A stretch of DNA of 64,000 bases from an uncultured Gammaproteobacteria bacterium (GCA_947085645.1 CAMTXG010000020.1:79443-143442), one strand, 5' to 3'; positions 30,741 to 41,876 are shown, numbered from the stretch's first letter. Program-made: numbers and translations. Notes: generated by a model from the letters alone, not told the origin.

Positions 30741-32461
30741 ACGACATTCGCCGCACCATCCTGTGGGTGATTTTTGGCTTTTCCATGGTTCTGCTGTGGG
30801 ACAAGTGGCAACTGCACAATGGCAAACAGGCCACGTTTTTCCCCACCACGCCCGCGGTGACCGCACCGGCTGCGGCTGGCGCTGCGTCCAGCGCCACCGG
30901 GGCTTCCAGTGTTCCCGTGTCCAGCGTGCCTGCTTCGAGCGTGCCAGTGGCTGCAGCCACGCAACAGGGGGCTTCGGCCGTACCCGGCCAGCCTGCCTCG
31001 ACAGCAGCCCCCGCTTCGCGCGAACGGGTGGAGGTGAAAACCGATCTGTACCGCCTGACGTTTGACAGCGAAGGTGGCTCGCTCACCCACGCCGAGCTGC
31101 TGCAGCACATCGACATGGCGGACAAGACCCGCAACTTCCTGCTGCTCGACGAGAGCGTGCAGCGCGTTTACGTGGCACAGACCGGCCTGATTGGCGGCAG
31201 CTTCCCCACCCACAAGACCCTGATGACAGTGGTGCCCGGCCCCCGCGAACTGCTGGATGGCCAGGATGAGATCACCGTGCGTTTCGAGTCGCCCGACCAG
31301 GGCGGCCTGAAGCTGGTCAAGACCTGGACCATCAAGCGCGGCGCTTACGACATTGCCGTCAGGCACGAAGTGGTCAACACCGGCACGTCGCCCATGTCGC
31401 CGCAGCTGTACCTGCAATTGGTGCGTGACGGCAACAAGCCACCGGGCGAGTCGTCGTTCTATTCCACCTTCACCGGCCCTGCGGTCTACACCGACGCCAA
31501 GAAGTACCAGAAGGTGGAGTTCAAGGACATCGAAAGCGGCAAGGTCGATATCCCCAAAGATTCGCCCAATGGCTATGTGGCCATGGTGCAGCATTACTTT
31601 GCCACCGCCTGGCTGCTGCCCGACGGTGTCCTGCGCGAACTCTTCACGCGCAAGGTCGATACCAACCTGTACTCGGTGGGCATGCTCACCTCGCTGGGCA
31701 GCATTGAGCCTGGTACCAGCAAGACCATAGACGCGCGCCTGTTCGCAGGCCCGCAGGTCGAAACGCAGATGGAAAAGCTGTACCCTGGCCTGGAACTGGT
31801 CAAGGACTACGGCTGGCTCACCATCCTGTCCAAGCCGCTGTACTGGCTGCTGGACCAGCTGCACAAACTGTTGAACAACTGGGGCTGGTCCATCGTGGCA
31901 CTGGTGCTGCTGCTCAAGATCGCGTTCTACTGGCTCAACGCCAAGGCCTACGCCAGCATGGCCAAGATGAAGGCCATCAACCCCAAGATCATGGAGATGC
32001 GCGAGCGCCTGAAGGACAAGCCGCAGCAGATGCAGCAAGAGATGATGCGCATCTACCGCGAGGAGAAGGTCAACCCCATGGGTGGTTGCTTCCCCATCAT
32101 GATCCAGATCCCTGTGTTCATCGCGCTGTACTGGGTGCTGCTGTCCAGCGTTGAAATGCGCAACGCGCCCTGGATCGGCTGGATCCGCGACCTGTCCACG
32201 CCCGACCCGTACTTTATCCTTCCGCTCCTGATGACCGTCAGTTCGCTGCTGCAAACGGCGCTGAACCCCGCGCCACCGGACCCACTACAGGCCAAGATGA
32301 TGTGGTTCATGCCGCTGATCTTCAGCGTGATGTTCTTCTTCTTCCCCGCTGGCCTGGTGCTGTACTGGCTGACGAACAACATCTTGTCGATTGCACAGCA
32401 GTGGCTGATCAACACCCGCATGGGCGTGCCGCCGCAATTTAATTTGCCGAAGTTCAAGTGA
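30737..32461 (+). CDS. yidC: Membrane protein insertase YidC
   Basis: LELVKDYGWL, NWGWSIV, NPMGGCFP, GLVLYW. Confidence 0.97.
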   Translation: MNDIRRTILWVIFGFSMVLLWDKWQLHNGKQATFFPTTPAVTAPAAAGAASSATGASSVPVSSVPASSVPVAAATQQGASAVPGQPASTAAPASRERVEVKTDLYRLTFDSEGGSLTHAELLQHIDMADKTRNFLLLDESVQRVYVAQTGLIGGSFPTHKTLMTVVPGPRELLDGQDEITVRFESPDQGGLKLVKTWTIKRGAYDIAVRHEVVNTGTSPMSPQLYLQLVRDGNKPPGESSFYSTFTGPAVYTDAKKYQKVEFKDIESGKVDIPKDSPNGYVAMVQHYFATAWLLPDGVLRELFTRKVDTNLYSVGMLTSLGSIEPGTSKTIDARLFAGPQVETQMEKLYPGLELVKDYGWLTILSKPLYWLLDQLHKLLNNWGWSIVALVLLLKIAFYWLNAKAYASMAKMKAINPKIMEMRERLKDKPQQMQQEMMRIYREEKVNPMGGCFPIMIQIPVFIALYWVLLSSVEMRNAPWIGWIRDLSTPDPYFILPLLMTVSSLLQTALNPAPPDPLQAKMMWFMPLIFSVMFFFFPAGLVLYWLTNNILSIAQQWLINTRMGVPPQFNLPKFK

Positions 32462-32501
32462 CGCTGCTGCGGCAACGCTGACATCAATGAAATGACCCCC
32501 G

Positions 32502-32526
32502 AAAGGCCGCGCAAGCGGCCTTTTTC
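32502..32526 (+). terminator. Intrinsic terminator after yidC
   Basis: aaaggccgc-gcaa-gcggcc followed by ttttt. Confidence 0.8.
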
Positions 32527-32558
32527 TTGCCCATCCACCTTGTACAGTCGTCATCACC

Positions 32559-33992
32559 ATGCTTGCCCGCCACCATGACCCCATCGTTGCCATCGCCACC
32601 GCCCCGGGGCGAGGGGCTGTCGGCATCGTGCGGGTCTCGGGCCGCCGAGTTGACGCGCTGGTGCAGGCGTTGTGTGGCCGATCACTCAAGCCGCGCGAGG
32701 CCACCTACCTGCCCTTTCGCGATGCCCAGGGACAGCCCATCGATCAGGGGCTGGCGCTGTATTTCCCCGGCCCGCACAGCTACACCGGTGAGGATGTGCT
32801 GGAGTTGCAGGCCCACGGCGGCCCTGTGGTGCTGCAGTTGCTGCTGGCGCGCTGCCTGGAGGCGAGCGCTGCCACCGACCCTGCAACCGGAAAGTCGTGC
32901 CTGCCGGGCCTGCGCGTTGCCCAGCCGGGTGAGTTCACCGAGCGGGCCTTCCTGAACGACAAGATTGATCTTGCCCAGGCAGAAGCGATTGCCGACCTGA
33001 TCGACGCCAGCACCGAGGCCGCCGCGCGCAGCGCCAGCCGGTCGCTCACGGGCGCGTTCTCGGCCGAAATCCACGGCCTGCGCGACGCGCTGATCCACCT
33101 GCGCATGCTGGTGGAGGCCACGCTGGACTTCCCTGAAGAGGAAATTGACTTCCTGCGCAAGGCAGACGCTGCTGGGCAGCTATCAAAACTGCAGCAAACG
33201 CTGGCGTCCGTCATGCAGCGTGCGCGGCAGGGTGCGCTACTGCGAGAGGGCATCAAGGTCGTCATTGCCGGGCAGCCCAACGCGGGCAAAAGCTCGCTGC
33301 TCAACGCACTGGCGGGGGCCGAGCTCGCTATCGTCACCCCCATTGCAGGCACCACGCGCGACAAGGTGCAGCAGACCATCCAGATCGAAGGCGTGCCGCT
33401 GCACATCATCGACACTGCCGGGCTGCGGGACAGTGATGATGAGGTGGAGCGCATTGGCATCGCCCGCGCTTGGGACGAGATCGCGGCGGCCGACGCGGTG
33501 CTGTTTTTGCACGATCTATCGCGAGCAGATGCTACAAATTACATAGCTGCTGACGTAGACATAGAAAGCGCTCTGGCCCAAAAACTGCCCCAATCCGTTC
33601 CTGTCATCGATGTCTGGAACAAGCTGGACTGCGCCGCCTCGACTTTGGAATCGTCGGAATCCTCGCCCCGTGCTGCACGCCCCGCAGTGCGCCTGTCGGC
33701 GCGCACCGGCGAAGGCCTGGAGGGCCTGCGCCGCATCCTGCTACAGGTGGCGGGCTGGCAGTCCGCGCCCGAGAGCATCTACATTGCCCGTGCCCGCCAT
33801 GTCGAGGCCTTGCAGGCTGTGGCTGCGCACCTCCAGGAGGCTTCCGACCAACTGCTGGCCACGGGCCCGGCGCTGGATCTGTTGGCTGAAGAACTGCGGC
33901 TTGCGCAGAATGCGCTCAGCACCATCACGGGCGAGTTTTCCTCAGACGACCTGCTGGGCGTGATCTTCTCGAGCTTCTGCATCGGAAAGTAG
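32559..33992 (+). CDS. mnmE: tRNA modification GTPase MnmE
   Basis: [42 protein letters not shown]. Confidence 0.97.
   Translation: MLARHHDPIVAIATAPGRGAVGIVRVSGRRVDALVQALCGRSLKPREATYLPFRDAQGQPIDQGLALYFPGPHSYTGEDVLELQAHGGPVVLQLLLARCLEASAATDPATGKSCLPGLRVAQPGEFTERAFLNDKIDLAQAEAIADLIDASTEAAARSASRSLTGAFSAEIHGLRDALIHLRMLVEATLDFPEEEIDFLRKADAAGQLSKLQQTLASVMQRARQGALLREGIKVVIAGQPNAGKSSLLNALAGAELAIVTPIAGTTRDKVQQTIQIEGVPLHIIDTAGLRDSDDEVERIGIARAWDEIAAADAVLFLHDLSRADATNYIAADVDIESALAQKLPQSVPVIDVWNKLDCAASTLESSESSPRAARPAVRLSARTGEGLEGLRRILLQVAGWQSAPESIYIARARHVEALQAVAAHLQEASDQLLATGPALDLLAEELRLAQNALSTITGEFSSDDLLGVIFSSFCIGK
33530..33585. repeat. Repeat family A, copy 7, degenerate and inside mnmE
   Basis: gctacaaattacatagctgctgacgtagacatagaaagcgctctggccc; keeps the atagctgct, aagcgct and ggcc blocks at family spacing. 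Confidence 0.6.
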
Positions 33993-34073
33993 CTACCGTT
34001 GGTCGTTCTAGTTTGTAAACGGACGTAAACAGCGCTTGTGCCCAACCTGTAACAAGGGTACTTTCGGCGAACC

Positions 34074-34565
34074 ATGAATGTTTCACTGCCCGCAGCCACC
34101 AAGGTCGACCTTCACGGTCTGATCGACGCCATTGCACAGGCCAGTGCCGACGACAGCATGACCAACCCGCTGACGCCCGCGCAGTGGGACGTGCTTTCTT
34201 CCTATCTGCTGCCGGTGGTCCTGCCCGCGGGGCAGGTTCTTTTCTCCCAGGGTGCCACTGACCGGACGCTGTATCTGGTCGAAAGCGGCAGCCTCAGCGT
34301 GCACTACCAGGACGAAAAAGAACGCCTGCGGCTGGCCATTGTCGGCCCGGGCTCTGTGGTGGGCGAAGGCGCTTTTTTCTCGCACCGCGTGCGCAGCGCT
34401 ACCGTGCAGGCCAGCGCGCCTTGCAAGCTGTGGAGCCTCACCGCCATCCGCTACACCGAACTGGCCAACCGGCAACCCGCCATTGCGCTGGGGCTGGTGA
34501 TGGCGGCGGGTTCTGTGCTGGCCAAGCGCCTGGGCAACCGCCGCCGCCGCGTTGCCGCCACCTGA
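34074..34565 (+). CDS. Cyclic nucleotide-binding domain protein
   Basis: LFSQGA...LYLVESGSL...VGEGAFF...RSATVQA; no HTH seen. Confidence 0.85.
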   Translation: MNVSLPAATKVDLHGLIDAIAQASADDSMTNPLTPAQWDVLSSYLLPVVLPAGQVLFSQGATDRTLYLVESGSLSVHYQDEKERLRLAIVGPGSVVGEGAFFSHRVRSATVQASAPCKLWSLTAIRYTELANRQPAIALGLVMAAGSVLAKRLGNRRRRVAAT

Positions 34566-34693
34566 GAGACTGACTCCACCCGACGGGCGGCTGCTGGACG
34601 GAACTGCGCGGGCTTCTTCGGGGCACTGGGCGTTGCGTCGCGCGGTACACTCGTTTTGAGTATTTCCCTGGCGCCGTCCGAAGAAAGCAAGCC

Positions 34694-35626
34694 ATGTCCC
34701 TGTTCAGTTGGTTCAGCCGTAAACCTGCACCCCCCAAGCCGCGCGCAGCGGCCGAGCCTTCCGGTCTGTTGAATGCCGACGCGACGGTGCCGCTCTCCCC
34801 GGGTCGCCACGGAAAACCACTGAATGAAGCCCAGCCCCCTGAACATGCGGCCAACCGCAAGAACGAGCGTATGGAGCGCCGTGAACTGCTCTACACCGTG
34901 GTGCGCGACGCCATGGTGCGTGCCGGCGTGCTGTCGGCCAGCTATAAGTTCAAGGTGCTGTCGCTGGACCAGCGGGGTCGCCAGTTTCTGGTGATGATGG
35001 ATCTAGCCCGCGAATACGGCGGCGAGACGGTGCGCCTGAGTGAAATCGAGGCCCTGATTGCCCAGACCGCCAAGACCCGCTACGACATCCTGGTGACCGC
35101 TGTGTACTGGCGCATCAACGACCACGTGGCCGTTGGTATTCCTCAAAAAGGCGTAGCCCCCCTCGGTGCCAGTTTGCCCCTGCAGGTAGCACCTGCAGCG
35201 TCAGCTGTGCGGCGCCCTCCGGTGGCGGTGGCCCCGTCGCCCGTGGCCCCCGTGCGTCCTGCGGCGCCGGTCGCCGCTGCATCGCCGCTGCGTCCTCCCG
35301 TGGCGGCCACGGCCCCTGCGCCGCTGGCGCCTGTGTCGCTGCCGGTGGCTGCGGCAGCGCCTGCCTCGGCCGCCGCACAACGGCCTGCACCGCGTTTTGA
35401 GCCCATTGAGGCCGACGAAGTGGCAGCTTTTAAGCGGGCGCTGGCCAATGCGGCCGGTACCGCCGCCGTTGCAGTACCCGCTGCAGCGGCCCAGCCGGGT
35501 GTTCCCGTGCGCTCGGGGCCGCTGTTGCCACCGACAGCGCCCACCGGTTTTGAAGATACCGAGATGCCCGGCGCAGACGGTGCCGCGCCAGACCTGGGCA
35601 GCACCCAGTACGGCGAGCTCAACTGA
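34694..35626 (+). CDS. Hypothetical protein with Pro/Ala-rich linker
   Basis: 310-aa ORF with host-like codon use; RRELLYTVVRDAMVRAGVLS...VYWR N-terminal domain. Confidence 0.75.
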   Translation: MSLFSWFSRKPAPPKPRAAAEPSGLLNADATVPLSPGRHGKPLNEAQPPEHAANRKNERMERRELLYTVVRDAMVRAGVLSASYKFKVLSLDQRGRQFLVMMDLAREYGGETVRLSEIEALIAQTAKTRYDILVTAVYWRINDHVAVGIPQKGVAPLGASLPLQVAPAASAVRRPPVAVAPSPVAPVRPAAPVAAASPLRPPVAATAPAPLAPVSLPVAAAAPASAAAQRPAPRFEPIEADEVAAFKRALANAAGTAAVAVPAAAAQPGVPVRSGPLLPPTAPTGFEDTEMPGADGAAPDLGSTQYGELN

Positions 35627-35670
35627 CGCTCAGGTCATCCGCTGGCGTAAGGCGTCGGGCTGTGGGGGCC

Positions 35671-36237
35671 TCAGTGGCCCGCAAAGTCCACCAGCGTGTA
35701 GAGCGGGAGCCCCGACTCGCGCAAACGGTCTGAGCCGCCGAGCTCGGGCAAGTCCACAATGGCAGCGCCTTCGGTCACGGTGGCGCCCAGCTTCTCCAGC
35801 AGCTTTTTACCGGCCATCATCGTGCCGCCGGTGGCAATGAGGTCGTCAATCAGCAGCACGCGGTCGCCCGCCTTGACGGCGTCGGTGTGCAGCTCAACGG
35901 TAGCGCTGCCGTATTCCAGCTCGTAGGTTTCTTCGACCGTGGTGAACGGCAGCTTGCCCTTTTTGCGGATGGGCACAAATCCCACGTTCAGCTCATAGGC
36001 CACCACGGCGCCCAGGATGAAGCCGCGCGCGTCGAGCCCTGCCACCACGTCGGGCCGCAAAGCCTTGTCCATGTACCGGTGCACAAAAGCATCGATCAGC
36101 ACGCGAAACACTTTGGGGTCCTGTAGCAGCGGGGTGATGTCCCGAAACTGAACGCCTGGCGCAGGCCAGTCGGGCACGGTGCGGATGTGCTGGCGCAGGT
36201 ATTCGTTGACGCTGAGGGGTTGCAAAGGCTGGGACAT
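35671..36237 (-). CDS. apt: Adenine phosphoribosyltransferase
   Basis: [27 protein letters not shown]. Confidence 0.96.
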   Translation of the reverse strand: MSQPLQPLSVNEYLRQHIRTVPDWPAPGVQFRDITPLLQDPKVFRVLIDAFVHRYMDKALRPDVVAGLDARGFILGAVVAYELNVGFVPIRKKGKLPFTTVEETYELEYGSATVELHTDAVKAGDRVLLIDDLIATGGTMMAGKKLLEKLGATVTEGAAIVDLPELGGSDRLRESGLPLYTLVDFAGH

Positions 36238-36466
36238 GGCAGGTTGGAATGCGGTGGGGGGAGCCGAAGCGCGGCCCAATGGTGGGCAACACGGTGCGAC
36301 TGCGCCGAGTGGCGCGAAGGGCACGAGTGTAGTCACAGGCACAGCGCAGCGGGTCAACTGACAAGCCTCATGCGCACATCGGGCTGCACCCCTCCATAAT
36401 CGGTCTTCCTTTTCATCCCTGTGCTGCTGTTTTCAGCGGGCACTTACCAAGAGCGAAGATCGGCCC

Positions 36467-39400
36467 ATGCCCGTCTCAGTCCTGCTGATCGAAAGCGATC
36501 CCCGCCATGCGCAAGCCGTGGTGGATGCTTTGGTAGACCCGTGGTCCGGATGGCGGGTGGATGTGGCAGAGTCGCTTGCGCAAGCCCGTGAGCAGTTGGC
36601 ACAGGGTCGGCCCGACATCGTGCTGGTGGCCCAGCGCACCGTAGACGGGTCCGCGTTCGATCTCTTGGAGGCGCTGCACGGGCTGCCCACCATCATCGTT
36701 GTACGTGCGGGTGCTGAAACCCACGCCGCCCAGGCCATGCGCTATGGGTTCGACGACTTTGCAGTGCAAGACCCGGCGCTGGATTACCTGCTCACGCTGC
36801 ATGCGCAGATCGACTCGGTGCTTGAACGCCATGCGAGCACCCGTGCACGCGCGGCGGCCGAGGCCATGCTGGCCCGTCAGCACCGCCTGTTGCAGGCCAT
36901 CTCGCGTGCGCAGGCCATGTTCATTGCCAGCTCTGGGCCCCGGGCCGCGTTTGAGGCATTGCTTGATGAGTTGATGTCGCTCACCAACAGCGCCTTCGGC
37001 ATGGTGGGCCAGGTGCAGTGGGCCGCAGACGGGCACGCCTACCTGCGCGTGCATGCCATGACCGACATCAGCTGGGACGACGCCTCGCGCGCCCGGTATG
37101 CCCAGCACGCCGAAGAAGGCATGGTGTTTGACAACCCGCAATCGCTGGTCGGAGCGGCACTGTTGTCGGGCGAACCGCTCATCAGCAACGACGCGAGCCA
37201 CGATGCGCGCGGGGGCGGGGTTTCGGGAGGCCATCCTCCACTGAAGACCTATTTGGGGCTTCCGATACATGCGGCGGGCGAACTGGTGGCCATGGTGGGC
37301 CTTGCCAACCGTCCCGGCGGCTACACGGCCGCAGACGTGCAGTTTCTGCAGCCGCTTCTGAGCACGGTGGGGCAGCTGGAGATGGCCCGCCGTGCTGAGC
37401 TGGCGCGCTGCGCTGTCGAGGCCGAGCTGGCCCGCACCAGCGCCCTGCTGGCTGACAAGACACGCGCACTGGAAGCCACACTGGCCAGCGTGTCGCAAGG
37501 CATCACCAACGTGAATGCCGAAGGGCGCATCTGTGTCTACAACCGGCGCTATCTGGAACTGCTGGACCTGCCCCAGGAGTTGCTTGACACAAAACCCAGG
37601 GTCGATGAGATGGTCCGGTTCCAGACCGAGCGGGGCGATCTCGGCCCGGGGTTTGAGCTGTTCGAACCCTCCGTGCGCGGCGTTGTGGCGACGGAATACG
37701 CCGCCCACGGGGGCAACCTCACCATGCCGGACGTGTATGTGCGGCGCACGCGCACGGGGCGTTTCCTGGAGGTCCGAACGCGCATGCTGGAGCAAGGGGG
37801 CATTGTCCGCACCTTCACCGACGTGACCGACTACCTGACAGCGCAGGAAGCCCTGCGCCTGAGCGAGGCGCGCTGGCGCAGTCTGACCCACCTGTCGTCC
37901 GACTGGTACTGGGAGCAGGACGCGCAGTTTCGCTTTGTGCGGCTGAACGGCAACCCCCACCACGCTTCCGGCGTGCCTGATGAGATCCATTACGGCCTGA
38001 CCCGCTGGGAACTGCCCGACACCTCGGTCAGCGAAGCCCAGTGGCGCGAGCACCGCGCACAGCTGGAGGCGCACAAAGTCTTTCACGATTTCGAGATGGA
38101 GCGCAAAGCCGAGGACGGCACCCCCATCTGGGTGTCGATCAGCGGCGAGCCGATCTTTGACGAAGAAGGGCAATTCACCGGCTACCGCGGCGTGGCGCGT
38201 GACATCACCGAGCGCAAAAAGGCCGAAGCCGAGATACAGCGCCTGGCCTTCTACGACGAACTCACCGGCCTGCCCAACCGGCGACTGTTGATGGACCGCC
38301 TGGAGCGCGCTGTGACCGCCAGCTTGCGCGGCAAGGGCCATGGCGCGCTGTTGTTTCTGGACCTGGACAACTTCAAGGGCATCAACGACACCATGGGGCA
38401 CGAGTGGGGCGACCGCCTGCTGGTGCAGGTGGGCGCCCGCCTGGTTGCCAGCGTGCGCGCCAGCGACACCGTGGCGCGCCTGGGTGGCGACGAATTTGTG
38501 GTGGTGATCCAGGGCCTGCACATCGAAGCCGCAGAGGCTGCAGCCGAGGCCGAGGCGTTGGCCCAGAAGGTGTTGATGTCGCTGAACCAGCCCTATTGGG
38601 TGGATGACTGCGAGATGCACAGCACCCCGAGCATTGGCATTGCCCTGTTCCGCGACGCGCAGCAACCGGTGCAAGAGCTGCTCAAGCGAGCCGATCTTGC
38701 CATGTACCAGGCCAAGGCGCAGGGCCGAAACACCCTGTGCTTTTTTGACCCGGCCATGCAGGCGGCAGCGTCCGCGCGGTCGGCGCTGGAGGGCGACATC
38801 CGGCAAGGCCTGGCGCGCAATGAGTTCATTCTGCACTTTCAGCCGGTGGTCGACGAGTCCGGCCAGGTGCTGGGCGCCGAAGCCCTGGTGCGCTGGAACC
38901 ACCCACTGCGCGGCATGGTGGCACCTGGCGACTTCATTGCGCTGGCCGAACAGACGGAGCTGATCTTGCCCCTGGGCCGCCAGGTGCTGGTGATGGCCTC
39001 CCGCCAGCTGGCGCAATGGGCCCTGGCGCCCGCCACTGCAGGCTGGAGTGTGGCCGTCAACGTGAGCGCGCAGGAGTTTCGCCAGCCAGCCTTTGTGCAG
39101 CAGGTGCTCACGGTGCTGCAGGACACAGGGGCTGACCCCCGCAAGCTCAAGCTCGAACTCACCGAAAGCCTGCTGCTGCACGACGTGGAGGACAGCATCC
39201 TCAAGATGCAGGCGCTGCGCACCCTGGGCGTGGGTTTTTCGCTGGACGACTTTGGCACCGGCTACTCATCGCTCAGCTACCTCAAGCGCCTGCCGCTTGA
39301 CCAGCTCAAGATCGACCAGAGTTTTGTGCGCGACGTGCTGACCGACCCCAACGACGCCACCATCGCCTGCACCATCATCACCCTGGCCCGCAGCCTGGGC

Positions 39401-39538
39401 CTGGACGTGGTGGCCGAGGGGGTGGAGACCGAAGGCCAGCGCGCTTTCTTGCTGCGCAACGGCTGCCGGCAGTTTCAGGGCTACCTGTTCGGCCGACCCG
39501 GGCCCGCCGAAATGCTTGATGGACTATCAAAAATATAG
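36467..39538 (+). CDS. REC-like/GAF/PAS/GGDEF/EAL signalling protein
   Basis: YDELTGLPNR, RLGGDEF, EALVRW, ELTES, DDFGTGYSSLSYL. Confidence 0.92.
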   Translation: MPVSVLLIESDPRHAQAVVDALVDPWSGWRVDVAESLAQAREQLAQGRPDIVLVAQRTVDGSAFDLLEALHGLPTIIVVRAGAETHAAQAMRYGFDDFAVQDPALDYLLTLHAQIDSVLERHASTRARAAAEAMLARQHRLLQAISRAQAMFIASSGPRAAFEALLDELMSLTNSAFGMVGQVQWAADGHAYLRVHAMTDISWDDASRARYAQHAEEGMVFDNPQSLVGAALLSGEPLISNDASHDARGGGVSGGHPPLKTYLGLPIHAAGELVAMVGLANRPGGYTAADVQFLQPLLSTVGQLEMARRAELARCAVEAELARTSALLADKTRALEATLASVSQGITNVNAEGRICVYNRRYLELLDLPQELLDTKPRVDEMVRFQTERGDLGPGFELFEPSVRGVVATEYAAHGGNLTMPDVYVRRTRTGRFLEVRTRMLEQGGIVRTFTDVTDYLTAQEALRLSEARWRSLTHLSSDWYWEQDAQFRFVRLNGNPHHASGVPDEIHYGLTRWELPDTSVSEAQWREHRAQLEAHKVFHDFEMERKAEDGTPIWVSISGEPIFDEEGQFTGYRGVARDITERKKAEAEIQRLAFYDELTGLPNRRLLMDRLERAVTASLRGKGHGALLFLDLDNFKGINDTMGHEWGDRLLVQVGARLVASVRASDTVARLGGDEFVVVIQGLHIEAAEAAAEAEALAQKVLMSLNQPYWVDDCEMHSTPSIGIALFRDAQQPVQELLKRADLAMYQAKAQGRNTLCFFDPAMQAAASARSALEGDIRQGLARNEFILHFQPVVDESGQVLGAEALVRWNHPLRGMVAPGDFIALAEQTELILPLGRQVLVMASRQLAQWALAPATAGWSVAVNVSAQEFRQPAFVQQVLTVLQDTGADPRKLKLELTESLLLHDVEDSILKMQALRTLGVGFSLDDFGTGYSSLSYLKRLPLDQLKIDQSFVRDVLTDPNDATIACTIITLARSLGLDVVAEGVETEGQRAFLLRNGCRQFQGYLFGRPGPAEMLDGLSKI

Positions 39539-39585
39539 CCATCAGCGCTTGATGGATAAGCGCTAGAGCCCTATTTCATTCATAT
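39522..39585. repeat. Repeat family A, copy 8 (supplies the stop of the GGDEF/EAL gene)
   Basis: ggactatcaaaaatatagccatcagcgcttgatggataagcgctagagccctatttc; the TAG stop lies within it. Confidence 0.88.
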
Positions 39586-39620
39586 TTTGTCCAGCCCGGT
39601 TGAAAACTGGCGCTACATAA

Positions 39621-39753
39621 GGCCAGGACCGCCGCGCAAGGGCCGCCCCGCCGCGCAGACGGCGCTCCGCTTGCGTGCGCTGGCGGTGTCCCCCTTCCCG
39701 CATTGCGCAGCGATGCGAGAGAAGGGGGAAGCGGCGCAGCCGCTCAGGGGGAA
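39621..39753. repeat. GC-rich palindromic REP-like element (family B)
   Basis: gggccgccccg...tcccccttcccgcattgcgcagcgatgcgagagaagggggaagcggcgcagccgctcaggggg. Confidence 0.7.
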
Positions 39754-39764
39754 GCACCCTGCCT

Positions 39765-41750
39765 CTATCCCCGCAGCAACTTGTCCTCGGCCAGCGACAG
39801 CGCTGCCGGATGCCCCGACAGCACCAGGGTGTCGCCTTCGGCCAACTGCGCGTCGTCCACGGCTGCAGTCATGTGGCCGTTGCCGCGCCGCAGGTTCACC
39901 ACCCGCACACCGATGGTGGGCAGCGCCAGCTGGCCCAGGTTCTGGCCCACTGCCATGGAGCCGGGTGGCAGGTTGATGGTGGACAAGCGCTCCTGGTCCC
40001 GTTCGTTCACCGTATCGTCGTCGGCGCCGTGAAAGTACCCGCGCAGCAGGTTGTAGCGGGCATCGCGTTGGTCCTGCACCAGCCGCAGCACCCGGCGCAT
40101 CGGCACACCCACCAGCGCCAGCGCGTGGCTGGCCAGCATGAGCGATCCTTCAATCGCCTCGGGCACCACCTCGGTGGCGCCGGCCTCCTGCAGCTTGTCC
40201 AGGTACATGTCGTCCTGGGTGCGCACCACCACCGGCACCTGGGGCGCGTGCGAGCGCGCGTTGGCCAGCACCTTCAGGGCGGCTGGCACGTCGATGTAGG
40301 TGATCGCCACCGCGCTGGCACGCACCAGGCCAGCGGCCATCAGCGCCTGCAGGCGGGTGGCGTCGCCATACACCACCGAATTGCCCGCAGCAGCCGCCTG
40401 GCGCACCCGGTCGGGGTCCAGGTCCAGTGCCATGTAGGGGATGCCTTCATGATCCAGCATGCGCGCCAGGTTCTGCCCGCAGCGGCCAAAGCCGCAGATG
40501 ATCACGTGTTTGCTGGTGTTGATGGACTTGCGCGCGATCGACGTCATCTGCAGCGACTGCTGCAGCCAGTCACTGGCCACCAGCTTCATCACGATGCGGT
40601 TGCTGTACATGATGAGGAACGGCGTGGCCAGCATCGACAGCACCATGGCGGCCAGGATGGGGTTCATCAACGCGGGCTGCACCAGCCCGTTGGCCTGGGT
40701 GAGCGACAGCAGCACAAACCCGAACTCGCCCGCCTGCGCCAGGTACAACCCCGTGCGCAACGCCACGCCGGTGGTCGCCCCCATGCTGCGGGCCAGCACC
40801 AGGATGATGACCAGCTTGACCAGCAGCGGCACTGTCAGCAGCGCCAGCACCAGGCCCCAGCGGTCCACCAGGATGTGCCAGTCCAGCATCATGCCGATGG
40901 TGATGAAAAACAGCCCCAGCAGCACATCATGAAACGGGCGGATGTCCGTGCCCACCTGGTGGCGGTATTCCGTCTCGGACACCAGCACACCGGCAATGAA
41001 CGCGCCCAGCGCCAGGCTCAGCCCCGCCAGCTCCGTCAGCCACGCCAGGCCCAGCGTGATCAGCAGCAGGTTGAGCATGAACAGCTCGTCACTCTTGCGC
41101 CGCGCCACTAGCGTTAGCCACCAGCGCATGACCCGTTGCCCGCCGGTAAGCAGCAAGCCCACCAGCACAATGGCCTTGATCAGCGCCCAGCCCAACGATG
41201 TGAGCAGCTCGTCAGGCGACGAGCTGAGCGCGGGAATGAGCACCAGCAGCGGCACCACGGCCAGGTCCTGGAACAGCAAGATGCCCATCACGCGGCGGCC
41301 GTGTTCGCTCTCTAGCTCGGCGCGCTCGGCCATCAGCTTGACCACGATGGCCGTGCTGCTCATGGCCATCACGCCTGACAACGCCAGCGCTGTCTGCCAG
41401 CCCATGTCCCATACACCGCCCACCCAGCGCGACAGCAGCAGCGCCGCTGCCGTCACCACCGCCATGGTCAGCGCCACCTGCATCAGCCCCAGGCCAAACA
41501 CCAGTTTGCGCATGGCGCGCAGCTTGGGCAGGCTGAATTCGAGCCCGATCGCAAACATCAAAAACACCACGCCAAACTCGCCCAGATGCCGCACGCCCTC
41601 GGAGTTCTGGGCCAGTGCCAGCGCGTGGGGGCCGATCAGCACCCCCGCGGCCAGATAGCCCAGCATGGGCGGCAGCTTGAGGCTGCGGCAAACCACCACG
41701 CCCAGCACAGCGGCCAACAGGTAGAGCAAGGTCAGGGCGAGAGAAGACAT
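39765..41750 (-). CDS. Monovalent cation:proton antiporter-2 (CPA2, Kef-like) with TrkA-N/C domains
   Basis: True start MSSLALTLLYL at 41750; FLMFAIGLEF, SSTAIV, HVIICGFGRCG. Confidence 0.9.
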   Translation of the reverse strand: MSSLALTLLYLLAAVLGVVVCRSLKLPPMLGYLAAGVLIGPHALALAQNSEGVRHLGEFGVVFLMFAIGLEFSLPKLRAMRKLVFGLGLMQVALTMAVVTAAALLLSRWVGGVWDMGWQTALALSGVMAMSSTAIVVKLMAERAELESEHGRRVMGILLFQDLAVVPLLVLIPALSSSPDELLTSLGWALIKAIVLVGLLLTGGQRVMRWWLTLVARRKSDELFMLNLLLITLGLAWLTELAGLSLALGAFIAGVLVSETEYRHQVGTDIRPFHDVLLGLFFITIGMMLDWHILVDRWGLVLALLTVPLLVKLVIILVLARSMGATTGVALRTGLYLAQAGEFGFVLLSLTQANGLVQPALMNPILAAMVLSMLATPFLIMYSNRIVMKLVASDWLQQSLQMTSIARKSINTSKHVIICGFGRCGQNLARMLDHEGIPYMALDLDPDRVRQAAAAGNSVVYGDATRLQALMAAGLVRASAVAITYIDVPAALKVLANARSHAPQVPVVVRTQDDMYLDKLQEAGATEVVPEAIEGSLMLASHALALVGVPMRRVLRLVQDQRDARYNLLRGYFHGADDDTVNERDQERLSTINLPPGSMAVGQNLGQLALPTIGVRVVNLRRGNGHMTAAVDDAQLAEGDTLVLSGHPAALSLAEDKLLRG

Positions 41751-41876
41751 GGCGTCGATGCTATCCGAGCGCTGCACCCGGAACCCGGTCCTTTGTGCCG
41801 CCGACTTTGCCCTGCTGCAAGGGGCGGCAAAAAGGGCGAGTGCTGCTGGCGCAGGCCCGGTCGATAGAATCCCCGG

